A stretch of 63,918 bases of DNA, counting the filler, from Candidatus Fermentibacterota bacterium (lineage in GTDB: Bacteria; JAFGKV01): the NCBI GenBank assembly GCA_016928395.1. It is 7 parts of 7 records of this genome, joined end to end, with 100 filler letters (N's around TTAATTAATTAA, not from the genome) between each part and the next. Parts side by side here need not be neighbours in the genome. Positions count along the whole stretch, not along the records: positions 1 to 13,001 come from JAFGKV010000024.1; 6 more parts are not named here. One strand, written 5' to 3'. Positions within the stretch are counted from its first letter, which is position 1, and each line of letters opens with the position of its first letter. The notes beneath the pieces were generated by a model. It made no database searches. It saw nothing but the letters and a program-made list of their open reading frames with translations, and was not told the origin of the DNA. Below, in pieces: positions 1-8,567 of the stretch. The position numbers and the translations under genes were made by a program.

Positions 1-42
1 CTCTGGATGCGAGAGCACCCAGGTTTCTCAAGGGTGAGAGGG

Positions 43-127
43 CGGCTGTCAGCTATCGGCCCTCAGCTCACTCCTATCTCCTCACTCCTCACTCCTCACT
101 CAGGGTCGCTATCGGTATCGCTCTCGA
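43..127. repeat. Mosaic of short tandem repeats (GCTRTCR, CTCACTC and TATCGS units)
   Basis: cggctgtcagctatcggccctcagct (43-68) recurs 25/26 identical at 63705-63730. The CTCACTC run recurs inverted near 39042 and 39241-39270. gggtcgctatcggt recurs near 16766. Confidence 0.8.
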
Positions 128-207
128 GAGGCGTACCTCCGAGTACCAGTGCGTGGATATACTCTCAAACAAGTGGGGGCCCCGGGCCAGCCCGGACGAT
201 ACGTGGT

Positions 208-420
208 GCAACTTCCGGTGCCGCGGCGGGAAGTTACAGCGTAGCCGCGGCCCCGGAAGTTGCCCTGCTCATACATAGGGAAACTTCTGAGCCTCTTACG
301 AAAGCCTGGTGGCGTCGCGGTCGGGACGAAGCCGCAGCATCCAGTGGTGCTGGGCCAAGCCCGACCCATCAGAGCGACCAGGGGACAGGGTATCTTTCCC
401 GAATGGAGGGACGACCTCTG
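208..420 (+). ncRNA. Putative structured non-coding element resembling an IS110-family upstream non-coding end (bridge/seek RNA-like), transposase absent
   Basis: 19/20-bp hairpin at 208-263. Nested stems cctggt/accagg (305-382), ggtcggg/cccgacc and cagcatc/ggtgctg are separated by internal loops. Ends in an SD-like GGAGGG with no credible ORF after it. Confidence 0.35.
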
Positions 421-1038
421 CGTCGTCCGTAGCGTTTCGCACGAGGCTATTCTGATGAAGCTACGGGGTAGATTGGCCGAAGAAGAGCCATTGCGAAAGG
501 ACGTTGGCATCTACATTGATCACCTGTATTCGGATCTGGCTTCCACAGACTTTCCCGAGAACCCTCCAATCGCCGGTAGAGCGGGAGAAGGCTGAAGGGT
601 CAGGATCGAATCCTGGGAGGTGGGCCTCGGAATCGCGGGGTTCGCGGATTGGGGCGCATCGACGGTCTTCTGGAACTGTGCAAGATCCGATTGAGACCAT
701 CATGGCACCCTGGTGAAAGGTGGCTCGCGGGGCAGGAACGGCATCACTCCCCCAAGACACACGGGCGCGAGGGCATCGCGCCCGTTGAGAGACGACTCTC
801 ACCTTGGTGCTCGCTCAGAAACAACTTCACATTCTCGCATCACATCTTCACCACATCTGTGTGCCTCGCCTCGATCGCGAAATCCTCGACGTAGCTTGGG
901 CTACGCCTCCGGTCTCGCTCCCTCGGCGAAACCCAATCCGCGGCAAATCTGTGCGCCAGAACTGCGAACTTATTCTCGCGCGAACCCTTAGGCGGAGCGC
1001 TCGCCGATCCCCGATGTCGGAATCGACGAGCGCACCAA

Positions 1039-1413
1039 TCATCTGCTCTGCTGTTCCCAGTAGGGCTTCTGCCCGTAGTACTTGTGTACCTGACCGCCCC
1101 AAGTCTGGTCCGCGAAATCCGGCCACGTGTCCTTCTTGTCAAAGCCTGGAGCGGCCTCAAGCTTCTTCTTGTCCACATCGAGAATGAGCTTCTTCTCGGT
1201 GTTGGCGAACTCAAGTGCGCTCCAAGGTATGGCAAAATACTTGCCGCTGAAGGAGAGAACCGCATAGGCCACGCGTCCCTCCTTGGCATCGATCATGAGC
1301 TCGTCGATCTTCCCCAGTTTCTCGTCCTTGCGATTGACTACATCCTCCCCCTTGATCGTCGATGCCGACACGATACCGTACTTTTCCTGCACCTGCCTGG
1401 TTGCTACTGCCAT
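1039..1413 (-). CDS. PRC-barrel domain protein
   Basis: SASTIKGEDVVN..EKLGKIDELMID..GRVAYAVLSF..FAIPW motif; SD AGGGAG before ATG 1413. Confidence 0.9.
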   Translation of the reverse strand: MAVATRQVQEKYGIVSASTIKGEDVVNRKDEKLGKIDELMIDAKEGRVAYAVLSFSGKYFAIPWSALEFANTEKKLILDVDKKKLEAAPGFDKKDTWPDFADQTWGGQVHKYYGQKPYWEQQSR

Positions 1414-1481
1414 ACCGTACTCCCTTCTCTCTTTCATTATGTGAGCCATTGCTCACGACTTCAGAACACTGCCCAATCAAC

Positions 1482-1496
1482 GCAAGATGTATGCCG
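1482..1496 (-). promoter_or_regulatory. sigma54 -24/-12 promoter candidate for the PRC-barrel gene
   Basis: CGGCATACATCTTGC (GG-N10-GC) about 70 bp upstream of the start. Confidence 0.6.
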
Positions 1497-1845
1497 TTGA
1501 CTCGCCCTCGTGGGAATGCATGAACTCACGATCCATTGCCTGAGCCGGTCCTCAACAACGGCGTCCGAGTGCCATCAGAATGATGACGGAGACCATCAGA
1601 ATAGGGATGTAGAGTGCGCGGGTCGAAGAGAGGCGAGGGGCCTCGCTTCCCCAGATGCCGGGATGGCCTGGAGCGGGTAGATCGGGGGTGCATCCCTCGT
1701 CTCGGATCATTCGACGAGACGCCGGCTCATTCTGCCGGGCAGCCCGAGGACGACACTGCGCGTGAAACCGAGTACGTGGCATTCGTCCATCGTAGGCTAC
1801 CCTGAGGGGATGCCTCACTCACGACAGCCCGCCAGCAGGCCGTCG

Positions 1846-1860
1846 TGGCCAGTGTATTGC
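1846..1860 (+). promoter_or_regulatory. sigma54 promoter candidate
   Basis: TGGCCAGTGTATTGC about 200 bp upstream of the outer-membrane protein gene. Confidence 0.4.
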
Positions 1861-2059
1861 TTATGCAGTCGTGCATAGTCACGGCCTTGCCCCGGCGCTT
1901 GACCCGAATCCCGGTTGTCCCGGGGACATCTCATCCTGTGATCTTTCGTGAGGAGGAAGGTCCTGATAGGTGCTTCCTGCTGCTCTCGTACCCCACACGT
2001 TCTACCAGACGGAGCCGGCAGTCGCACCGTGCCAAATCTACCATCGCCATGAGGCTGGA

Positions 2060-3817
2060 ATGAGCCAACGCCCAACAATCCTTCTCCTCCTGCAACTAGC
2101 CTTAGCAGCTTGCCATGTCGGGGTCTCCGCGGAGCACGTCGAGTCTATTGCGGGCCCGGAACCGGATTCGGCCGAGGTCGAGCGGAGCGAGCGCGACCCT
2201 GTCCTGGAGCGGAGCGACCTGAAGTTCATCGACTATGCGGGAAAACACATCCGGAGAATGCGGATCAGGAAGCTCGACGTGTTCGGCCCGTCGGTTGACG
2301 ATACCTCCCGAGAGACGCTGTCACGGCCGGAGAGCCTCCTCAATCACCTGAACTTCCAGACCCGCGAGACCACCATTCGCCGAACCCTCCTCTTCAGGGA
2401 GGGGGACGCCATCGATCCCTTCCGTCTGGCCGACAGCGAGCGCATCCTCAGGAAGCTGGGATTCATCGGAGATGCCCGGATCGATGTAGCGTTGATTCCC
2501 GGCAGCGTCGATTCTGTCGATGTGCAGGTGATCGTGAAGGAAGCATGGACCCTCAGACTCTCAGGCAGCCTGAAAGAGGGAAACCGCCTGGGAGCCGGCC
2601 TGACCGAGCAGAACCTGCTCGGGCTGGGGCACCAGGTTTCCATGGCGGCCACGCTGACCCCCCACGCCACCCCCAGGTTAGGATTCGACACGGACTATTC
2701 CGTGCAAAACATCCACGGCTCGTTCATCACTGGAAAGCTGAAGTACGTGAGAGTGCCTGAGGAAGAAACGGCGGGTCTTGCATTCTCCCGTGAGCTTGTC
2801 TCGCCTATCCTCAGGTATGTCGGAGGGTTGGACCTCAGAAGGACCTCGACCACGGTACCGGATTCACTGCCTTCCGCAGCCGATAACACCTACGGACTGG
2901 TCGATCTATGGGCGGGACGACCTGTTCACCAATGGCACATTCAAAGGGAGCCGGGGCGTCGCGGCATTCTATTTCTCTCGGGCCGCCTCCGGCGTCTCAG
3001 GTTCACCAGACGCCCGCCGGTCACGCCGTCTACCTTCTATCAGTATCGCAACATGGAACACGTTCTGGGAAGCGTCACCTACATCCAGAGCTGGTACTAC
3101 CGCGCGAATCTCCTGTACAACTTCGGCCGGACGGAGGATATCCCCTATGGTCTCCTCGCCCGCGTCACGTACGGATTGGCCGATGAGGAGTTCACCCGGA
3201 CTCATTATGCATCCGCCACGTTGGCGGCGGGAGAGAGGATCAGCGGGCTGGGCTACGGGATCGGCGAGCTGCGAATCGGCGGCAATCCGAGAGGCGGGGA
3301 GATCGAGCACGGAGTAATCAGACTGCGAACCCTTTACTTCAGCAGGCTTCTGCAGGTCGGAGGGTTCCGGTTCCGTCAGTTCATCAACGCGGAATACACC
3401 GCCGGGATCCACCGCTTCGCAGACGACAGCATCGATTTCTACGGCGATGAGAGCATCCGGGGCGTGGTCTATAACAGCGATGTGGCCGGAAGCAAGCGCC
3501 TCCAACTCAACCTTGAAACAGTTGCGTTCACCCCCTGGAGGGCGCAAGGAGTCACCTTCGCGTTCTTCACCTTCGCAGACCTGGACTTCATCGGCTCCGG
3601 ACGCAGGAGCATCCTCGCGCAAGATTGCTACTCGGGCCTGGGGCTGGGGGTCCGGTTGCACAAGGATGGTTTCGGGATCGGGCCGGTGCAACTGCGCTTC
3701 GCCTGGTATCCGAGACTCCCGATTGACCATGACGCGTACTCCTGCGCCGCATTTGGAGAGAAGCGCTTCAGGTCGATCGAGCTCCTGGGGATCCGCCCGG
3801 AGATCGTGGAACACTGA
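2060..3817 (+). CDS. Outer-membrane beta-barrel protein with N-terminal POTRA (BamA/TamA-like)
   Basis: Signal peptide; TRETTIRRTLLFREGD..LADSERILRKLGFIGDARI POTRA motif; EQNLLGLGH; C-terminal GLGLGVRL beta strands. Confidence 0.75.
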   Translation: MSQRPTILLLLQLALAACHVGVSAEHVESIAGPEPDSAEVERSERDPVLERSDLKFIDYAGKHIRRMRIRKLDVFGPSVDDTSRETLSRPESLLNHLNFQTRETTIRRTLLFREGDAIDPFRLADSERILRKLGFIGDARIDVALIPGSVDSVDVQVIVKEAWTLRLSGSLKEGNRLGAGLTEQNLLGLGHQVSMAATLTPHATPRLGFDTDYSVQNIHGSFITGKLKYVRVPEEETAGLAFSRELVSPILRYVGGLDLRRTSTTVPDSLPSAADNTYGLVDLWAGRPVHQWHIQREPGRRGILFLSGRLRRLRFTRRPPVTPSTFYQYRNMEHVLGSVTYIQSWYYRANLLYNFGRTEDIPYGLLARVTYGLADEEFTRTHYASATLAAGERISGLGYGIGELRIGGNPRGGEIEHGVIRLRTLYFSRLLQVGGFRFRQFINAEYTAGIHRFADDSIDFYGDESIRGVVYNSDVAGSKRLQLNLETVAFTPWRAQGVTFAFFTFADLDFIGSGRRSILAQDCYSGLGLGVRLHKDGFGIGPVQLRFAWYPRLPIDHDAYSCAAFGEKRFRSIELLGIRPEIVEH

Positions 3818-4279
3818 GGCTCGGCCGGGGCCAGAAGGGGCATTTGGCAGGATTCGGGGCGGCTGCAAGACGGAAAGAGACCGAGTCGCGAAGCGTCACG
3901 CGAGGGATTGCTCACGGTCGGGATAGTGCCTTGGCGGTGATGAATTGGACGGCATGGATTCCCGGGCTCGCGGATCGCAAGCGGCCAGGCGGTTGGGATG
4001 GAGTTGTGCGCGCTCCGGTCGAGTCCATCACATGCCCCACGGTGAAGGGTCTTCACGGAACAGGCTGAAGCGTGGAGAGCGCCCCGGCTTTGCGGCGAAA
4101 AGCGGGGTGGCGGGCCGCAGAGGGGGCCGTCTACCGCCGGCGCCACTGTCGCCCTTTGCCCGAAGCGTCTTCCCTCCTGCTTTCCCTCCCCTGAGTAGCC
4201 TGTTGCCCTGCCACCTGCGGGAGTCGCTGGCCGGGAGGACTACCTTGAGAAGGCTTCGGCTGGAAGACTGACTACTTCA

Positions 4280-4294
4280 TGGCATGGACCTTGC
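4280..4294 (+). promoter_or_regulatory. sigma54 promoter candidate for the lipoprotein gene
   Basis: TGGCATGGACCTTGC about 90 bp upstream of ATG 4387. Confidence 0.6.
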
Positions 4295-4386
4295 GACGTA
4301 CCAGTTGTCGAGGTCACCCCATCTCGACTGGAGAAGGTAGGGAATTCGGGGATGTGGCCGAAGCCACGCCCGTGAGGAGGAACAGG

Positions 4387-5037
4387 ATGCCATCAAGACC
4401 ATCGGTCAAACCCGCTCACATCGTCCTCTTCGCGCTGCTTATCGGGCCTGTGGTGCTCGATGGATGCTCTCAGTCGCGGATGACGGACCAATGGACGGAC
4501 CACGCCTACAACGACGGCACCTTGAAGAAGGTCCTCGCCGTCGCAGTCCGAAAGGACCCGGCACGGCGCCGGATCTGGGAGGACGCCTTCGTTGAGGAAC
4601 TGAAGGCTCACGGCGTTGCCGCCACCGGGTCCTACACTGTGTTTCCATCAACTGTCCCGGACTCTTCTCAGGTGAGCGACATCGTGCGCAGAGAGGGCTA
4701 CGACGGCGTTGCCGTCTCGGCGCGTCTCCCGAACACAACCGAGGAAACCTACGTGGCGGGGTATACGAAGAGGGAACTCGTGAGGGTCTCTCGCCCGTTT
4801 CTTCGCGGATACACGACCTACTGGAGAGACGTGCGAATCCCCGGGTACACGGAGACGAACGAGGTGCGCCGCTTCCAGACCAGCGTGTGGACGACTCACA
4901 ACGGCGGCCGCATGATCTGGTCAGGCACGATCGAGACGGCCGACGCCGTAGCGGAGGGACCGGTGCGGAATGCGATACGGGACCTAATCGTAGCCGAGTT
5001 GGCTGCGGCGGGAATCCTGCCTCCCAGGATCAAATGA
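4387..5037 (+). CDS. Putative lipoprotein (DUF4136-like)
   Basis: SD GAGGAGG; hydrophobic leader ending LDGC; KKVLAVAV..RRRIWEDAFVEEL..MIWSG pattern. Confidence 0.7.
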   Translation: MPSRPSVKPAHIVLFALLIGPVVLDGCSQSRMTDQWTDHAYNDGTLKKVLAVAVRKDPARRRIWEDAFVEELKAHGVAATGSYTVFPSTVPDSSQVSDIVRREGYDGVAVSARLPNTTEETYVAGYTKRELVRVSRPFLRGYTTYWRDVRIPGYTETNEVRRFQTSVWTTHNGGRMIWSGTIETADAVAEGPVRNAIRDLIVAELAAAGILPPRIK

Positions 5038-5122
5038 GCGAAACGCCAAGTTGGCTTCCCGCATCACTCCTGGGGAGACACAGTAGGGCGGAGAACGGGC
5101 GCGCCGTGATACGACCGTGTCC

Positions 5123-5137
5123 CGGCATGGAGAATGC
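5123..5137 (+). promoter_or_regulatory. sigma54 promoter candidate for DUF3309/DUF3096 genes
   Basis: CGGCATGGAGAATGC (GG-N10-GC). Confidence 0.35.
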
Positions 5138-5352
5138 AGGAAGACAGCCAGCGATCTGGCATGACACGCCGGTCCCATTTCCGAATGGTGTCCGGCACAT
5201 GGCAAAGCCCCAACGAAAGAGGTGCCCCTTGAGTTACCGTCTGTGTCAATAGTGCCGCGGAGCATCTTGAGGCCTGCATGGCCAGCTACCCGAGACCTGC
5301 AGACTACCGTTGCGGTATCTGCCAAGTCTCAGACGAGCGAAAGGAGTCAATC

Positions 5353-5517
5353 ATGGGCTTGATTCTGTTGGTTATCCTGGTCGTACTACTCGTGGGTGGT
5401 TTGCCGAGGTGGAACCACAGCAAAAGTTGGGGTTATGGCCCCAGCGGCGCCTTGGGGTTGGTGTTACTGATTGTGTTGATTCTATTGCTCATGGGGCGCA
5501 TTCCGATTCGCTTCTAA
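5353..5517 (+). CDS. DUF3309 family small membrane protein
   Basis: LLVGGLPRWNHSKSWGYGPSGALGLVL signature; SD AAGGAG. Confidence 0.9.
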   Translation: MGLILLVILVVLLVGGLPRWNHSKSWGYGPSGALGLVLLIVLILLLMGRIPIRF

Positions 5518-5551
5518 TCGATTCTAGTATCTGATCAGAAAGGAACATGCA

Positions 5552-5710
5552 ATGACGATTGATCACTCCACCCTTCCGGCGTATGCAGGACCAGTTATAT
5601 CTTTGCTTGCCGGAATACTGATCTTGATCATGCCAAGACTCCTGAGTTACATAGTGGCGTTGTATCTGATCATCGTGGGCATTATAGGGATACTGCCATT
5701 CATTAGTTAA
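5552..5710 (+). CDS. DUF3096 family small membrane protein (52 aa, absent from the ORF track)
   Basis: Hand translation MTIDHSTLPAYAGPVISLLAGILILIMPRLLSYIVALYLIIVGIIGILPFIS; SD AAAGGA. Confidence 0.85.
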   Translation: MTIDHSTLPAYAGPVISLLAGILILIMPRLLSYIVALYLIIVGIIGILPFIS

Positions 5711-6126
5711 TGAGTGGAGTAGTTAGAAAGAAACAGGATCCTCTTTAAGAGACGTCAACTACCTGTTTGTCGGCTGAACTGCCATCGCTTCTTCACATCG
5801 AGGGTAGTGAGCTAGTTGTACCAGGTATTGACTCTTGATTCTGCTGACAAACCTCGGCGGGCGCGAAAGAAGGCGTAGGAGTCGGGGGTCATTGAGGTCT
5901 CCTCGACTCGAGATCGTCGAAATCCGGCCCATTTTCGTGCGTCGCATGTACGGGTCCAGTTCGAGTTCTTCGCGCCATGCGGGGTTTGTCAGCAGAATCT
6001 GGATTTAGGACTCGACCCCACGGGGCTTTTCCTCTCGTGAGTGGGTAGAGGAACCAGATCTCTCGTTCCCCGAGGGAGAGTGTGGAGGATGAAGGGATTG
6101 CGGTGCGCCCTCGAGAGAGGAGTCGG

Positions 6127-7632
6127 CTATGCCCTGCTCTCAATTCTCCGGATCAAGCCCCGAAACAAGAAGACATGGAAGGGGTGGAACACGTACCAGT
6201 AGATCCTGCCACACAGGCTCGTCGTGTAGAAGTACGCTCTCACCGACAAGCGCCTCACCTGATCGTGTGCCTCGATACCGTGCTCCTCGATCCCGAATTC
6301 CAACCAGGCCTTCCCCGGTAGCTTCATCTCCGCCCGCAACAGCAACAGCTCGTCTGGGATCAGATCCTCGACCCGCCAGAAGTCGACCACATCATTGATC
6401 TGAAGTCTGGTGTGATCTCGCCGGCCACGGTGGGAACCGATCCCTAGGAGCAGCCTGTCGATCATGCCCCGTAGACGCCACAGAATGGTGCTGTGAACCC
6501 ATCCCTTCTTCCCGCCGATCTCGCACACGGATCGGAAGAGGGTACTTGCGTTCTTTTCGCTCAGAATGGAATAGCCGGTAGAATACTGCGGGGGCCCAAG
6601 CATGTCGCGCAGCTTGAGGGCGAGTTCAAACGCCGGTGGATAGGCGTCAGACCAACGGGTATGAATGCGATCCTGCTCTTCGCGCGAGAGGGCTCTCACC
6701 AGCGATTCCCGCAGGGAAACGGTGGAGAATGGGAGCACCGTGCGGATGTCTTCGTTGAGGCATATCACCTCATTTCGGCTCCCTTCCAGCAAGCTGCGGA
6801 TGATCGGCGAAGGAACGGGAACAGACAGGCTGGCCACATAGGAATACAGCCTGATGCTGGCAAAGGGAACCCTGGGGAACCAGATTCTCTTGCCAACCAA
6901 GTCGGCCTGGGTACGCAGAATGTGCTCGTAGGTAAGGACATCGGGCCCGCCGATATCGTAGACCTTGCCGGCAGTTTCGCCTAGTTCGAGCACTCCGACC
7001 AGGTACTTGATGACATCCCTGATGCCGATCGGCTGGCAAGAGGTTCTACCCCACGGAGGAATCGGAATCACCCGCAGACTCCGGACGAGATTGGCGACTA
7101 TCTCGTACGAGGCGCTCCCCGATCCGATGATGATGGCGGCCCGTAGAATGGTCACCGGAATCACACCGCGCTGAAGCTCCTCTGCAATCTGCATCCGGCT
7201 TTGCAGATGACAGGAGAGCGTGGTTCGCACGTCACCCAAGCCCCCGAGATAGATTATTCGCCCCACGTGCTGGCGCTCTGCGGCCCGCCGAAAATTGGCT
7301 GCCGCCTCAATGTCTGCCGCTACAAACCTCTTTGTTCCCAGCAGTAAGGAATGGATGAGATAGTACGCGGCGTGTACCCCGTCGAAAACCCCCCTCATAC
7401 TCTCAGCCTTCAGCGCGTCACCCTCAACAATCTCCACCGCGGGCCACCGTTTCTCGTAGGCAGCGGCATCGCCGCGAACCATGGCCCGCACCGTGTACCC
7501 GCGCGCCAATAGCTCGGGAACCAAGCGCCCTCCCACGTAGCCAGTCGCTCCGGCGACCAGAATGGTCCCATGCTCGGGAACAGGCGCTGTGGGGAGATCA
7601 CCACAGAACAAGCCGGCGCTATCCCACGGCAT
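6127..7632 (-). CDS. Atypical SDR NAD(P)-binding oxidoreductase with C-terminal DUF2867 (YbjT-like)
   Basis: GATGYVG Rossmann motif, YYLIHS, GSGSASYE, DFWRVE..LRAEMKLPGKAWLEF. Confidence 0.9.
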   Translation of the reverse strand: MPWDSAGLFCGDLPTAPVPEHGTILVAGATGYVGGRLVPELLARGYTVRAMVRGDAAAYEKRWPAVEIVEGDALKAESMRGVFDGVHAAYYLIHSLLLGTKRFVAADIEAAANFRRAAERQHVGRIIYLGGLGDVRTTLSCHLQSRMQIAEELQRGVIPVTILRAAIIIGSGSASYEIVANLVRSLRVIPIPPWGRTSCQPIGIRDVIKYLVGVLELGETAGKVYDIGGPDVLTYEHILRTQADLVGKRIWFPRVPFASIRLYSYVASLSVPVPSPIIRSLLEGSRNEVICLNEDIRTVLPFSTVSLRESLVRALSREEQDRIHTRWSDAYPPAFELALKLRDMLGPPQYSTGYSILSEKNASTLFRSVCEIGGKKGWVHSTILWRLRGMIDRLLLGIGSHRGRRDHTRLQINDVVDFWRVEDLIPDELLLLRAEMKLPGKAWLEFGIEEHGIEAHDQVRRLSVRAYFYTTSLCGRIYWYVFHPFHVFLFRGLIRRIESRA

Positions 7633-7974
7633 GGCGCCAGCTCTCCTGAAAGGTCACAGAATACGAATCGATGCCGCTCAAGGCTGAACACCTCGCATAT
7701 GCCACATCTGCTTCCGCTTTGCCCGGTCCCGCTTCGGAGAGAGGCGGGTTCATCCGGAACACCTTGGTGACGCCTGGCATTCGAGAGGCGTCCTTTCGAC
7801 CTTGCAGCATACTCACCACGCATTCTGATCACAATACCCCATGACACGCCACCAGACGGATATGAACGTCGAGACTCGACCCCCCACCACGAATGAGGGA
7901 GTCCGACGCGGAGCACGATTTCGCACGCTGTGTGCGTCACATCGGGAAAGACCGAAGGCCCTGAGCAGAACCCG

Positions 7975-8148
7975 CCGCTGGAACAGAATCAGCCCGTGCA
8001 CCGTCTGTTCCCCCCGCACCACGGAGAGCGCTTCAGAAACGTGAAGGGATTCGGCTCCAATCCAGGGCAAGGCCAGCAGGGCTAGAAGGAACACAATGCC
8101 GCAGAGGACCAACGCGCGGAAGCGACCGCCGGTCCGGAGACGTGCCAT
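7975..8148 (-). pseudogene. 5' fragment of a FecCD/BtuC-type ABC permease
   Basis: LALLALPWIGAESLHVSEAL..GLILFQRR resembles a FecCD N-terminus, then similarity is lost. Confidence 0.55.
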
Positions 8149-8255
8149 TGCCCCGCTGTTCCCGCAGCCGGCCGCCGTCGCGGTACGACGATGAAGCCTT
8201 CCGTCTCCGGGTGCTCCCTCACCACGAGATCCTTGCCGTATGCCTGCTGCATGAT
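8140..8255 (-). pseudogene. 3' fragment of a FepC/BtuD-type ABC ATPase
   Basis: IMQQAYGKDLVVREHPETEGFIVVP matches the typical C-terminus of iron/cobalamin ABC ATPases. Confidence 0.5.
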
Positions 8256-8359
8256 CGCGCCCCCACCGACTGAACTGCTACTCACATCGTGAACACCATG
8301 GAGCTCTCGAATCGGTCTTCACGGAACTCACCACCCATATGTGATCTCCGCCTGGTAGT

Positions 8360-8381
8360 CATATAGGATATGTCTTATATG
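8360..8381. promoter_or_regulatory. AT-rich palindromic operator (ArsR/SmtB-like)
   Basis: CATATAGGA-TATG-TCTTATATG, 8/9 inverted repeat in a GC-rich background. Confidence 0.45.
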
Positions 8382-8567
8382 AGACTCATCCTTCTCGCAT
8401 CAGGCCAGCCGATTCCAGAGAGCGGGGGAGGTATCTCCTCGGTCTCGGAGGCCTCCAGATCCCCCGATCCTTGCACGGACCCCCGTGAGGGGCGTCATTG
8501 CAGGAACGGCGCGAAAGTGAACGCCACGGTAGATCAAAATCGCTCAACGTGGGCAAAGGAGTGTGGA

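Noticed and set aside
260-595. 111-aa ORF overlapping the structured element
   Set aside because: No family motif and a weak start; structure explains its 5' half better
599-740. tRNA-like pieces (CAGG-ATCGAAT-CCTG T-arm mimic; TCCTGCCCCGCGAGCCA on the minus strand)
   Set aside because: No cloverleaf can be built and the two pieces are on opposite strands; too short to call a tRNA or att site
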